Numbered from the stretch's first letter, positions 8,275 to 17,893 are shown. The stretch is 64,000 bases of DNA from Acidobacteriota bacterium (GCA_029562975.1 JAKQTR010000016.1:124765-188764); one strand, 5' to 3'. Notes: generated by a model not told the origin, from the letters alone. Program-made: numbers and translations.

Positions 8275-10494
8275 ATGAACGCTCCCGCACGTGCTTTGGC
8301 GGTCGCCGGACTGCTGGCGGCCCTCTCGGTTCCGCTCGACGGCGCCGGGCCGGCCAGGAAGCTCTTCACGTACGAGCAGGTCTTCGCCCTTCCAGCCGGG
8401 CCTCCGGGAGCCGTCGGCGCGGGCGCGGGAATCCTCGGCCGCCTGCCGGACATCCAAGGCTGGCTGGACGATGGCCATTACCTCGAGCGGCGCGAAGATC
8501 CGGCAGACAAGCAGATGAAGACCTACGCGGTGTCCGTGGCGGACGGCTCGGCCGCGATCCATACCGCTGACGCCGCTGGGCCCGGCGCGGCGCGCGGGAT
8601 GTCGGTGCCGGGAGGGCGATGGACGCTGTCGGTGCGTGACGGCGATCTATACGCGACCGACGGGAGAACGAAGAGCCTGAAGCGGCTGACGGCCACCGCC
8701 GACCCCGAGGTCAACCCCCGGCTGTCGCCGGACGGGGCCTGGGTCGCCTACACGCGGGCGAACAACCTGTACGTGTACGACCTCGAGCGGGGCCTCGAAC
8801 GCCAGCTGACGAGCGACGGCAGCAGCGTCGTCCTCAACGGCTACTCGTCGTGGGTCTACATGGAGGAGATCCTCGGCCGCGCGTCGGCGTATGCCGCGTT
8901 CTGGTGGTCGCCGGACAGCACGAAGCTCGCGTTCATGCGGTTCGACGACAGCCCCGTGCCCGTGTTCCCGATCTACCACGCGGACGGCCAGCACGGAGAA
9001 CTCGAGCGGCAGCGCTACCCGAAGGCAGGCGACCCGAACCCGTGGGTCCAGATGGCCGTCGCGACCGTCGCGGACGGGAAGATCGTGTGGATGGATTTCG
9101 ACCCGAAAGCGGACCACTACATCGCCTGGCCGTTCTGGACGCCGGACTCGAAGACGCTGACCGTCCAGTGGATGAATCGCGGCCAGGACACGCTGCGGCT
9201 CTACAACTGCGACCCGGCGACTGGCCGCAAGACGATGATCTTCGAGGAGAAGCAGCAGGCCTGGGTGGAGTTCTTCGAGGACCTCACGTACCTGCCGAGC
9301 GGCACGGGGTTCATCATCCGCAGCAACGTGGACGGATGGGACCATCTCTACCTCTATGCCGCCGACGGGACGCTGCGCAAGCGCCTGACGTCTGGCGAGT
9401 GGCGCGTGGACGCGATCGTGCGGGTGGACGAGCCGGCCGGACTGGTTTTCTTCACCGGGCGTCCGGGCAAGAGCTGGGACAGCCAGCTCATGAAGGTCGG
9501 CCTGGACGGGTCGGGGCTGCAGGCGATCACGGACGGAGGGGGCATGCACCGGGTGCAGCTCTCTCCCGGCGGCAAGCACTTCATCGAAACCGTCAGCACG
9601 ATCGCCTCGCCCGCGGTGATGAACCTGCGCGCCATCGACGGCTCGCTCGTGCGCAAGCTCGGCGATCAGAAGACCGCGGCCATGGACGACTACGCGTGGG
9701 GCAGGGGCGAACTGTTCACGATCCCGTCGGAGGACGGCCAGTTCCAGCTGCCCGCGTCCTGGGTGCTGCCGCCGGACTTCGACGCGCGGAACGCGAAGAA
9801 GACCTACCCGGTCATCGTGTCGATCTACGGCGGGCCCAACGCGGGCACGGTCACCAACAGCTGGCCGGCGCTGCAGGCGCACTACTGGGCGCAGCGCGGG
9901 GTCATCACGATCGCCGTGGATCACCGCGGAAGCGGGCACTTCGGCAAGAAGGGCGTGGCCCTGATGCACCGCAGCCTCGGCAAGTGGGAGATGGCCGACC
10001 TCATCGCCGCCGCGAAGTGGCTCAGGACGAAGCCCTTCGTCGCCAAGGACCGAATCGGGATCACCGGTTCGTCTTACGGCGGCTACACGACGACGATGGC
10101 GCTGCTCTACGGCGCCGCGCACTTCAACTACGGGCAGGCGGGAGCGTCGGTCACCGACTGGCGCTTGTATGACAGCGTGTACACCGAGCGCTACATGGAC
10201 ACGCCCAAGGAGAACCCGGACGGATACAAGGCAGGCGCGGTGCTCACCTACGCCGACCGCTACACGGGCGGCCTGCGGATGACCCACGGCACCATCGACG
10301 ACAACGTCCACATGCAGAACACCATCCAGGTCGTCGACTGGCTGGTGTCGCACGACAAGCCGTTCGAGCTGATGCTGTACCCCGACAGCCGGCACGGCTA
10401 TCAGGCATCGCAGCGCCCCCACTCGACGCGGGAGGCGCACGACTTCTGGATGCGGAAGCTGCTGCGGCAGGAGCCGGGACGCGGGGGGAAGTAG
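8275..10494 (+). CDS. Dipeptidyl-peptidase IV family serine peptidase (S9B: DPP-IV N-terminal propeller plus prolyl-oligopeptidase catalytic domain)
   Basis: Signal peptide. Nucleophile motif GITGSSYGGYTT, Asp in HGTIDDNVH, His in PDSRHGY. GGAGG lies 5 nt upstream of ATG 8275. Confidence 0.9.
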   Translation: MNAPARALAVAGLLAALSVPLDGAGPARKLFTYEQVFALPAGPPGAVGAGAGILGRLPDIQGWLDDGHYLERREDPADKQMKTYAVSVADGSAAIHTADAAGPGAARGMSVPGGRWTLSVRDGDLYATDGRTKSLKRLTATADPEVNPRLSPDGAWVAYTRANNLYVYDLERGLERQLTSDGSSVVLNGYSSWVYMEEILGRASAYAAFWWSPDSTKLAFMRFDDSPVPVFPIYHADGQHGELERQRYPKAGDPNPWVQMAVATVADGKIVWMDFDPKADHYIAWPFWTPDSKTLTVQWMNRGQDTLRLYNCDPATGRKTMIFEEKQQAWVEFFEDLTYLPSGTGFIIRSNVDGWDHLYLYAADGTLRKRLTSGEWRVDAIVRVDEPAGLVFFTGRPGKSWDSQLMKVGLDGSGLQAITDGGGMHRVQLSPGGKHFIETVSTIASPAVMNLRAIDGSLVRKLGDQKTAAMDDYAWGRGELFTIPSEDGQFQLPASWVLPPDFDARNAKKTYPVIVSIYGGPNAGTVTNSWPALQAHYWAQRGVITIAVDHRGSGHFGKKGVALMHRSLGKWEMADLIAAAKWLRTKPFVAKDRIGITGSSYGGYTTTMALLYGAAHFNYGQAGASVTDWRLYDSVYTERYMDTPKENPDGYKAGAVLTYADRYTGGLRMTHGTIDDNVHMQNTIQVVDWLVSHDKPFELMLYPDSRHGYQASQRPHSTREAHDFWMRKLLRQEPGRGGK

Positions 10495-10667
10495 GCACGA
10501 GGCAGAGCGAGGGGGCAAGGCGGGGCGTGCTGCACCGAAGCTGGCCCTTCGGCCCGCCGGCTCTTCAAGGGCCGCCCTGAACAGCCTCGGCGGGCGGCGC
10601 CGGCGGCCGGTGGGGGCTCGGAGCCGGCCGGCACGCCGCCTGCCGCAGGCGGGGAGCCATCGTCACG

Positions 10668-11615
10668 ATGCAGCGTCAGCGCGTGCGGGTGTTCGCGCCG
10701 GCGACGGTGTCCAACGTCGGGCCAGGCTTCGACGTGCTCGGGTTCGCGCTGCACCGGCCCGGTGATTGGGTCGAGGCGGAAGCCTCCGACCGGCCGGGCG
10801 TCGAACTGCTCGAGGTGACGGGCGACGGCGGCGCGCTGCCTGTGGACGCCCGGCGGAATGCGGCCGGCGTGGCGGCGCGGCGTCTGTGGCGCCAGGCGCG
10901 GGGCGGCCGGCCGGCGGGCCTTCGCATGCGCCTTCAGAAAGGCACGCCGCTTGCCAGCGGGCTCGGTAGCTCGGGCGCATCGGCCGCAGCCGGCGCCATG
11001 GCGGCAAACCAGCTGCTCGAGTGCCCGCTCCCGCTCGAAACGCTCGTGGCGTGCGCGATGGACGGCGAACGGGCCGCCTGCGGCTCGGCGCACGCCGACA
11101 ACGTCGCGCCGTCGCTCGCCGGCGGGATCGTGCTCATCCGCTCGTACCGCCCCCTGGAGCTCGTCCAGCTGCCGGTGCCGGACGGACTGTTCGTGGCCGT
11201 CGTGCACCCGCATTGCCGCGTGTCGACCGGAGAGGCGCGGGCGCGGCTCGCGGGCCGCGCGTTCCCGCTCCCGGACATCGTGGCGAACGCCGGGAACCTC
11301 GCCGCGCTCGTGGCGGCGCTTTACCGCGGTGATCTCGAGCTGCTGGGGCGCGCCATCGAGGATCGCCTGGTCGAGCCGGTGCGCGCGGCCATGATCCCCG
11401 CATACGATGCCGTGCGGCGCGCCGCCCGGGACGAGGGGGCGCTGGCATGCGCCGTCTCCGGATCGGGCCCCTCGATGTTCGCGGTGGCCGACGCCCACGA
11501 CGCGGCGGCTGCCGCCGCCTCGGCCATGCGCAGGGCCTTCCGCGCCGGCGCATCCCTCGCCTCCGACGCCTGGGTTGGCCCCATCAGCCGCCGAGGCGCA
11601 GCGCCGGTGGACTGA
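10668..11615 (+). CDS. thrB: Homoserine kinase
   Basis: N-terminus VRVFAPATVSNVGPGFDVLGFAL and GHMP kinase motif GLGSSGASAAA. Directly followed by thrC. Confidence 0.92.
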   Translation: MQRQRVRVFAPATVSNVGPGFDVLGFALHRPGDWVEAEASDRPGVELLEVTGDGGALPVDARRNAAGVAARRLWRQARGGRPAGLRMRLQKGTPLASGLGSSGASAAAGAMAANQLLECPLPLETLVACAMDGERAACGSAHADNVAPSLAGGIVLIRSYRPLELVQLPVPDGLFVAVVHPHCRVSTGEARARLAGRAFPLPDIVANAGNLAALVAALYRGDLELLGRAIEDRLVEPVRAAMIPAYDAVRRAARDEGALACAVSGSGPSMFAVADAHDAAAAAASAMRRAFRAGASLASDAWVGPISRRGAAPVD

Positions 11616-11616
11616 C

Positions 11617-12933
11617 GTGCGGCTCGCCAGCACGAACGGCCGTGCACCCATCGTGGGCCTCCGTGAAGCCGTGCGGCAGGGGCTGGCTCCCGACGGCGGG
11701 CTCTATATGCCCGTGGACTGGCCACGGATCGATCCGGCCGAGCTGGACGGCTGGCGCGGGTGCGCGTTTTCCGACCTCGCGGCGCGTCTTTCGGCGCGGA
11801 TCTTCGAACACGACTTCGACCCTGGCGCGGCCAGCCGCCTCGCGCGCGCCACGCTCGACTTCCCCGTGCTCGTTCGCCGGCTGCGCGAGGGCCTCATCCT
11901 GCTGGAGCTCTTCCACGGACCGACGCTGGCGTTCAAGGACATCGGCGCGCGATTCCTCGGCCGCCTGTTCGGCCTCCTGCACGAAGAGCGGGGCGAAACG
12001 GCCACCGTTCTGGTGGCCACCTCCGGCGACACCGGGAGCGCGGTCGCGCGCGGCTTCGCGGGCGTCCGGGGCACACGCGTCGTCCTGCTCTATCCTGCCG
12101 GGCGCGTGTCGGCGTTCCAGGAGTCGCAGATGGCCACCATTGGCGGGAACGTCGAGGCCGTCCGCGTCGACGGGAGCTTCGACGATTGCCAGCGCCTCGT
12201 GAAAGGCGCACTCGCCGACCCGGAGCTCCGGCCGCTCCGCCTGACCTCGGCGAACTCCATCAACGTCGGCCGGCTCATTCCCCAGGTGTTCTCCTACTGC
12301 TGGGGCGCGCTGACGGCGGTGCCCCCCGGCGGAGCGCCCCCCGTGTTCTCGGTGCCCTCGGGCAACCTCGGCAACCTGACGGCTGGGGTGCTGGCCTCGC
12401 GGCTGGGGCTGTCCGTCGCGGGTTTCACGGCGGCCACAAACGAGAACGACGTCCTCCCCGAGTTCCTGTCATCCGGCGCCTACCGCCCGCGCCAGGCGGT
12501 CGCGACGGTGTCGAACGCGATGGACGTGGGCGATCCGAGCAACTTCGCAAGGCTCGCCGCGCTCTTCGGCGGGTCCGTCGCGCGCATGCGGGCCTTCATT
12601 CGCGGCGAGCGCGTGTCGGAGGCGGAGACGCGCCGAACCATTCGGCGGACGTTCGACGAGGACGGTGTCGTGCTGGATCCGCACACGGCCGTCGCGGTTG
12701 CCGCCGCCCGCCGCGGGCCGCCCGCCGCAGGCGGCGGTCCGACCATCGCCCTCGCGACGGCGCATCCGGCCAAGTTCGCCGACGTCATCGCGGAGGAGCT
12801 GGGGTTCGAGCCGGAGCTGCCCGAGGCGGAGCGGGGCTGGCGCGAGAAGCCGCTGCTCGCGAGGGACCTTGGCGGCGCCAGCCCGGCCGCGTTCCGGAAG
12901 CTGCTCGAAGAGATCAGTCTCCGCTCTTGGTGA
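11617..12933 (+). CDS. thrC: Threonine synthase
   Basis: GTG at 11617, 1 nt after the thrB stop; the track ORF 11407.. is over-extended. GGLYMP near the N-terminus and PLP-lysine motif TLAFKDIGARF. Confidence 0.9.
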   Translation: MRLASTNGRAPIVGLREAVRQGLAPDGGLYMPVDWPRIDPAELDGWRGCAFSDLAARLSARIFEHDFDPGAASRLARATLDFPVLVRRLREGLILLELFHGPTLAFKDIGARFLGRLFGLLHEERGETATVLVATSGDTGSAVARGFAGVRGTRVVLLYPAGRVSAFQESQMATIGGNVEAVRVDGSFDDCQRLVKGALADPELRPLRLTSANSINVGRLIPQVFSYCWGALTAVPPGGAPPVFSVPSGNLGNLTAGVLASRLGLSVAGFTAATNENDVLPEFLSSGAYRPRQAVATVSNAMDVGDPSNFARLAALFGGSVARMRAFIRGERVSEAETRRTIRRTFDEDGVVLDPHTAVAVAAARRGPPAAGGGPTIALATAHPAKFADVIAEELGFEPELPEAERGWREKPLLARDLGGASPAAFRKLLEEISLRSW

Positions 12934-14281
12934 CCGAGCAGCGGGCGGCCGCGGCGGCGAAGCCGCCCAGCCCGAGGACCCCCACGAGGTTCGGGAAGAC
13001 CTGCAAGCCGTTCATCAGGTCGCCCCACGCCCAGACGGCCTCGACGCTGGCCACGGCGCCGACGGGAATGAGCAGGCAGTAGACCCAGCGGTACGGCACG
13101 ACGATGCGCGTCCCGAACAGGTACTCGAGGAACTGCTCGCCGTAGAAGGCCCAGCCGATCAGCGTGGTGTAGCCGAACAGGAACGCGCAGAAGGCCACCA
13201 CCCAGCCGCCGGCGACGGGGATTGCGGTATTGAAGGCCTGGGCGACGACCGCCGTGCTGCTCAGGCCCGACTGCCAGACGCCGCTCACCAGGATGGTCAG
13301 GGCGCTGATGGACGAGGTGACGAACGAGATCACGAACACCTCGATGATCGCGTTCAACCCCTGCTGGGTCGGCGTCTTGCTGCGCGCGGCGCCGTAGGCG
13401 ACGGCCGCCGTGCCGTAGCCGGCTTCGTTCGCATACACCCCGCGGGCGATGCCGTATCGCATGGCGATTATGATGCCGACGCCAGCGGTGCTGCCGGCTG
13501 CGGCCTGGAGCGAGAACGCCTCCCGGACGACCAGGGCCAGCACGGCCGGCAGCTGGCCGGCGTGGCTGGCGATCACGAAGAGCCCGCCCGCCAGGTAGAG
13601 GCCGACCTTGAGCGGCGACAGCCGCTCCGCCGCGCGCCCGATGGAGGTGACGCCGCCGATGACGACGAGCCACGTGAGCGCGGCGATGGCGACGCCGGCG
13701 AGCCACGTCGGCACGCCGAACTCGCTTCGAAGGACGACGGCCATCGAGTTGGGCTGGGCGAAGGGCGTGGTGAAGAGGACGGCGAGACCGCCGATCCCGG
13801 CGAAGACCGCGGCCAGCCGGGGCATACCGAGGCCGTCGCGCAGATAGTACATCGGGCCGGACGAGCTGCCGCCAGGGGCGGAGATCCGGAACCGCACGCC
13901 GAGGACGGCCTCGGCGAACTTGATCGCCATCGCGAGGAAGCCGTAGACCCAGATCCAGAACAGCGCGCCCGGCCCGCCGGACACGATGGCGGTGGCGACG
14001 CCGGCGATGTTGCCCGTCCCGATGGACGCGGCGAGCGCCGTCATGAAAGCCTGGAACGGCGACAGCGCGCCGGCGGCGCCGGCGGCCTGGCGGGGCACGA
14101 TGGTGCGCGCGGCTTCCGGAAAGCGCCGCACCTGGACGAAGCCGGTCCTGATCGTCAGGTAGATGCCGGCGAGAATCAGCACGGCCATCAGCGGCCCCGG
14201 CACGGGGCCGACGGGCGTGCTCCAGGGTCCCCACACGAAGTCGCTGGCCCAGAACACGGCGCGCCGGATGGCATCGAGCAT
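12914..14281 (-). CDS. Alanine/glycine:cation symporter (AGCS family)
   Basis: MLDAIRRAVFWASDFVWGPW...LTIRTGFVQVRRFPEA and polytopic membrane topology typical of AGCS. ATG 14281 has GGGGAG 7 nt upstream. The 3' end overlaps thrC by 20 nt (convergent). Confidence 0.85.
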   Translation of the reverse strand: MLDAIRRAVFWASDFVWGPWSTPVGPVPGPLMAVLILAGIYLTIRTGFVQVRRFPEAARTIVPRQAAGAAGALSPFQAFMTALAASIGTGNIAGVATAIVSGGPGALFWIWVYGFLAMAIKFAEAVLGVRFRISAPGGSSSGPMYYLRDGLGMPRLAAVFAGIGGLAVLFTTPFAQPNSMAVVLRSEFGVPTWLAGVAIAALTWLVVIGGVTSIGRAAERLSPLKVGLYLAGGLFVIASHAGQLPAVLALVVREAFSLQAAAGSTAGVGIIIAMRYGIARGVYANEAGYGTAAVAYGAARSKTPTQQGLNAIIEVFVISFVTSSISALTILVSGVWQSGLSSTAVVAQAFNTAIPVAGGWVVAFCAFLFGYTTLIGWAFYGEQFLEYLFGTRIVVPYRWVYCLLIPVGAVASVEAVWAWGDLMNGLQVFPNLVGVLGLGGFAAAAARCSVTKSGD

Positions 14282-14366
14282 GGGGGACTCCCCGGAGAAT
14301 GCCGGCACGCGGAGCTTGCGGGCCGCGCCGGCTCCGGCGGCCGCGCGCCCGGCTGCCGGACTCGTC

Positions 14367-15659
14367 CTACGAGAACTGGGTCCGCCGGTAGAGCAGGACG
14401 CCCGACAGCACGATCACCAGCGCCGTGATCGCGCCGAGGAGCAGCGTCCAGGCTCCGTGGATCGGGATCTGCGGGCGCTCGGCGAACGACGCCAGCCAGA
14501 CGAACAGCGCGACGGCCAGGGCCGCGACAACGTACTCCCACGTGCGCCGGCGGGACACGCCCGCCGCCAGGCGATCCTCGCCGTGCAGCGCCGACTCGAG
14601 CGCCGCCGGATCGAGGCCGTACCGGTCGCATTCGCGCCTCATCGCCGCCCTCCATTCGGCGCGCTCCGACGTCGGCGCCTCGGCCAGGCTGATTGCGATC
14701 GCGCCGGCGATCATGATGAGCGAGCCGCTCACGATGAGGGCCCGCCCGGCGGCGCCGAGCCCCGCGAACTCGCCGAAGACGAGCGCGCCCCAGGCCAGTC
14801 CCCAGAGCTGGTTGGTGTTCGAGAGCGGGATGCCCCGGCCGATGCCGACATACTTCGCCGCATACTGCTGATACAGGTCGCCGAGCACCCAGCAGAAGCC
14901 GCCGAGAAACAGCCAGAAGAGCGCCGGCCTGGCCTGCGCCAGCGCCGCCGCGAGGGGCCGCAGGCCGCCCTCGAACACCGCTGCCAGCACCAGCACGGTG
15001 CCGAGCTCGGCGAAAGTGAACACCGTCACGAACGACAGCGGGTTCATGCCGCTGATGTACGCCTTGCGATACGGGATGTACATCGTGCCCCAGAGCAGGC
15101 CGGCCATGAGCGCGGCCGCAATGCCCATGGCCGCGCTCTCGCGGCTGCCCGGGGCCTGGTGCGCTGTCGCGTAGGCCGTCAGGCAGGCCCCGACCACGAT
15201 GGCGGTCGCGCCTCCCAGCACCTTGCCCCACTGCCCCGCCCCCGCGTCCCGCAGCTCCCGGAACAGGAGCCAGCCCCAGAACAAGCCGACGAGGCTGTTC
15301 GTGTTCCAGAGCGGGAACGCGATCGACAGCCCGACGTCCCGAATCGCGAAGACCGTCAGCGTGTTGGCGACCGCCCAGATCATGCCGGCGAGGATCGCCC
15401 AGACGACGAGGTGCGGCTTCTCCCGCAGGTCGGCCCAGACGTAGTCACCGCCCTTCAGCACCATCGGGACCGTCCAGCGCGCGACGAAGACGCCGGCGAC
15501 CATGCCCAGCGAGATCAGGAACGGCGACAGCCCGGTGGTCACCAGTTTCGTCGGGGCCTCGGCGGCGCCGAGGCCGGCGCCGGCGGCCAGGCCGCAGACC
15601 ACGCCGAGGCGGTGGAGAGAGAGGCGGGGCGCCGGCGCGGAGCCGGGACGGGCGGCCAC
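14367..15659 (-). CDS. DMT-superfamily membrane transporter (GRP/GlcU-RhaT-like sugar porter-like) with extra C-terminal soluble segment and 2 TMs
   Basis: Two internally repeated halves each ending in a motif like FPLWNTNSLVGLFWGWLLFRE / IPLSNTNQLWGLAWGALVFGE. About 12 hydrophobic helices. Exact start uncertain (GTG 15659). Substrate call is weak. Confidence 0.6.
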   Translation of the reverse strand: MAARPGSAPAPRLSLHRLGVVCGLAAGAGLGAAEAPTKLVTTGLSPFLISLGMVAGVFVARWTVPMVLKGGDYVWADLREKPHLVVWAILAGMIWAVANTLTVFAIRDVGLSIAFPLWNTNSLVGLFWGWLLFRELRDAGAGQWGKVLGGATAIVVGACLTAYATAHQAPGSRESAAMGIAAALMAGLLWGTMYIPYRKAYISGMNPLSFVTVFTFAELGTVLVLAAVFEGGLRPLAAALAQARPALFWLFLGGFCWVLGDLYQQYAAKYVGIGRGIPLSNTNQLWGLAWGALVFGEFAGLGAAGRALIVSGSLIMIAGAIAISLAEAPTSERAEWRAAMRRECDRYGLDPAALESALHGEDRLAAGVSRRRTWEYVVAALAVALFVWLASFAERPQIPIHGAWTLLLGAITALVIVLSGVLLYRRTQFS

Positions 15660-15662
15660 GAG

Positions 15663-15767
15663 TCACCTCAACGAAACGAGCAGGATGACGCCGACGAGCA
15701 GCACGGCGGCGGGAATCCAGAACTGCACGTCGGTGACAATCGCACGGCCGAGCGAGCGTTTCCTCAC
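15663..15767 (-). CDS. Small single-TM peptide (34 aa), not in the ORF track
   Basis: GTG 15767 is preceded by GGGGAGGAAGG. Product VRKRSLGRAIVTDVQFWIPAAVLLVGVILLVSLR. High third-position GC (29 of 34 codons). Stop lies 3 nt before the transporter start. Confidence 0.4.
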   Translation of the reverse strand: MRKRSLGRAIVTDVQFWIPAAVLLVGVILLVSLR

Positions 15768-15983
15768 GGGCCTTCCTCCCCGCCCAGGACGGGCGCTCTG
15801 CACTGTATCAGGAGATCGCCGGTCCCCGCACGCGCCCCGCGCCGCGTCTGCATCGCGCCGGCGCTCCGCCGGCGCCGGACTTTCGCCTCCGGCGTCTCCC
15901 GGGCCGTCCCGGGCCTCCGCCGACGCCGCGGGGCAGCGGACTGTCGTCCGGCCCCAGTGGGCGTTTCGCCTCGGGCGAGCGGC

Positions 15984-16439
15984 TCACCTCGCGCGCGCCA
16001 GCTCCGCCACCAGGTCGTGCCAGCCCCTGGCCCACCGGTCGGGCGCGAGCTGTCGCGCCTCCTCTTCGGGGAACGCGAGGTAGTTGTACCCCCTCGGCGT
16101 CCGGGTGCCGGGGGGCGAGGCGAAGCAGATGTCCTCCACGCGAACCCAGCCCCTGCCGCCGGCCAACTGCACGTACAGCTGCGCGCGGCCGCGGAGCGCC
16201 TCCGGGTCGGTCGCCATGCATCCGAGGTCGTCGTACACGCGCACGGAGCCGTCGGTGAAGACGGCCTGTGCGGCCGCGTCGAGGCTCGACACGACGTGCC
16301 GGCACTTCGCGCAGGTCGCGTGTCCCAACCGGACGGCCTGCGGAGCGGGGACGCTCGGCGAGCACGCCCCGCCCGCGAGCGCCGCAAGCGCCAGCGCCGC
16401 GAGGCCCGCTGCCAGAAGCCGGCGCCGCGAGCCGCTCAC
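15984..16439 (-). CDS. NosL-family-like lipoprotein
   Basis: Lipobox LAGGAC. Core HATCAKCRHVVSSLDAAAQAVFTDGSVRVYDDLGCM...QLYV...AFPEEEARQLA parallels the NosL pattern (D.C.VCGM.I..F....Q......G....F...EM....LYV...SF...DA..LA). GTG 16439 overlaps the upstream stop (GTGA). Confidence 0.65.
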   Translation of the reverse strand: MSGSRRRLLAAGLAALALAALAGGACSPSVPAPQAVRLGHATCAKCRHVVSSLDAAAQAVFTDGSVRVYDDLGCMATDPEALRGRAQLYVQLAGGRGWVRVEDICFASPPGTRTPRGYNYLAFPEEEARQLAPDRWARGWHDLVAELARAR

Positions 16440-17893
16440 CGGGCCGCCTCGCTCATGCCGGCCGCGAACCGCGTCCACGGCCCGCTCGTCATGTCGCGGA
16501 GGAGCCCGCGCATCCAGGCGAACTGGGGCCGCCGCTCCAGGAACGGCTCGGCCAGGAAGTCCCCCGCGCACGGCCGTCCTGCCGCCGCCCACAGCTCGAG
16601 GCGCCGCGCCATGGCCGAGTCCATCACCTTCGCCTGCACCGTGCCGCCGGGCCAGTACGGCGGCCAGTGCCATTCGGGCACCCCGCGCGGCGACTCCTCG
16701 ACCGCGCCGCACAGGGACCGCTCGGACGGGCCGTCGCGCCGCTCGATCACGTCGTAGCGGTCGGCCTCGAAGGCCTTGGCCGCTTCGATGTCGATGCGGC
16801 CCTTGTGCTCCGCCATCAGCTGCTCCCAGCGCGCGCGGCGCGCGTTGGGCGAACTGGCCGCGTTCGCCGGATCGAAGTCCGTCTCCTCCCTGGTCAGCTT
16901 CTCCTTCACGGGGAAGTTGGCCCCGACGAAGTAGCCGTTGTTCGTGCGATCGACCGTCGAGTTCTTCAGGCCCAGCTCGAACAGCGCGATCTCCCCGGTC
17001 TTGGCGTCGCCGATCAGCCAGTCGTTCGCGTAGCCCCCGTTGTTCCGCTCCCGCATGATGCGCACGACGTCGTCGATGGACTCGGCGTACTGCATGGCCT
17101 TGCGGGCGCGGAAGAACTCGGGCGTGCCGGCGGGATCGAAACCCTTGAACCCGGTGATGGTGGTCTCCGTGATCATGATTCCCGCGCCGTTCACGCCGAA
17201 GTCGTCGTCGCTCGCGATGAGGCCGGGCAGAGCGTCCATCAGGATGCGGTGCCCCCGCTCGGGCACGATGTCGAAGACGATCGTCCACCGCGCCCCCGTC
17301 ACGTACGTCGTCCACGCGTTGTGGCCCATGACGATGCGGCCGTCCCGGGTCCAGTCGCCGGTCGCGACGAACGCGCTGCAGTTGCCGGGCGCCCGGCCCA
17401 CGGGCGGCCGCCCCTGCTGCGCGTCGAGCCAGGGGACGTAGTAATCAGGCACCTCCTCGAAGGCGTTCAGCGCGACCAGGTCCCAGCGATCGGCGGCGAC
17501 GCCCCTGGCGGCGAGGCCGTCGACGATCCCGTCGATCTCGGCCCGGTACTCGGCGTCGATACCCGGCCACAGCACCGTCTCCGCCACGTTGCGGTAGAAG
17601 GCCCAGTCGCGCTTGGAGGTCTCGAGGAGGAAGGGCTTCATCACGCGCAGCAGGTCGTCGATTTCGGGTGCGAGCCGGTACCCGTGCTGGAAGCCGATCT
17701 CCGCCGGGGCGCCTTCCAGGTGCACGAAGGTCCATCCGTTCCGATCGAACCGGTAGCTCCGCCCGGCGCGCGCGGCGGCTGCGCCGGCGCTCGGGGCGCC
17801 GGCCTGCGCAGGCGGCGCCGGGGGCTCCTGCCTGGCGCACGAGGCCGCGATCCCGGCGAACACGAGCACACACCCCCAGAGTCCCACGCGCAT
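16436..17893 (-). CDS. Phospholipase-B-like (PLBD/LAMA family) Ntn-hydrolase lipoprotein
   Basis: Lipobox IAASC. GNCSAFVATG...MGHNAWTTY, LPGLIASDDDFGVNGAGIMITETTI, NNGGYANDWLIGD and GGTVQAKV match, from memory, the PLBD2 motifs HCSALIK...AHNTWNSY, YPGTIFSGDDFYILGSGLVTLETTI, NSGTYNNQWMIVD and GGIDVKV. ATG 17893 has GGGAGGA upstream. The track ORF 16436..19114 is over-extended. Confidence 0.7.
   Translation of the reverse strand: MRVGLWGCVLVFAGIAASCARQEPPAPPAQAGAPSAGAAAARAGRSYRFDRNGWTFVHLEGAPAEIGFQHGYRLAPEIDDLLRVMKPFLLETSKRDWAFYRNVAETVLWPGIDAEYRAEIDGIVDGLAARGVAADRWDLVALNAFEEVPDYYVPWLDAQQGRPPVGRAPGNCSAFVATGDWTRDGRIVMGHNAWTTYVTGARWTIVFDIVPERGHRILMDALPGLIASDDDFGVNGAGIMITETTITGFKGFDPAGTPEFFRARKAMQYAESIDDVVRIMRERNNGGYANDWLIGDAKTGEIALFELGLKNSTVDRTNNGYFVGANFPVKEKLTREETDFDPANAASSPNARRARWEQLMAEHKGRIDIEAAKAFEADRYDVIERRDGPSERSLCGAVEESPRGVPEWHWPPYWPGGTVQAKVMDSAMARRLELWAAAGRPCAGDFLAEPFLERRPQFAWMRGLLRDMTSGPWTRFAAGMSEAAR

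Noticed and set aside
10495-10667. thr-operon style leader peptide/attenuator upstream of thrB.
   Set aside because: No ATG-initiated Thr/Ile-rich mini-ORF. Only generic GC hairpins, likely the terminator region of the upstream DPP-IV gene.
14282-14366. Possible glycine riboswitch upstream of the alanine/glycine:cation symporter.
   Set aside because: Only about 85 nt are available, and I could not find the conserved glycine-aptamer cores (GGAGAG...CACCG...CTCTGGAGAG...ACCGAAGGGGCAA-like).
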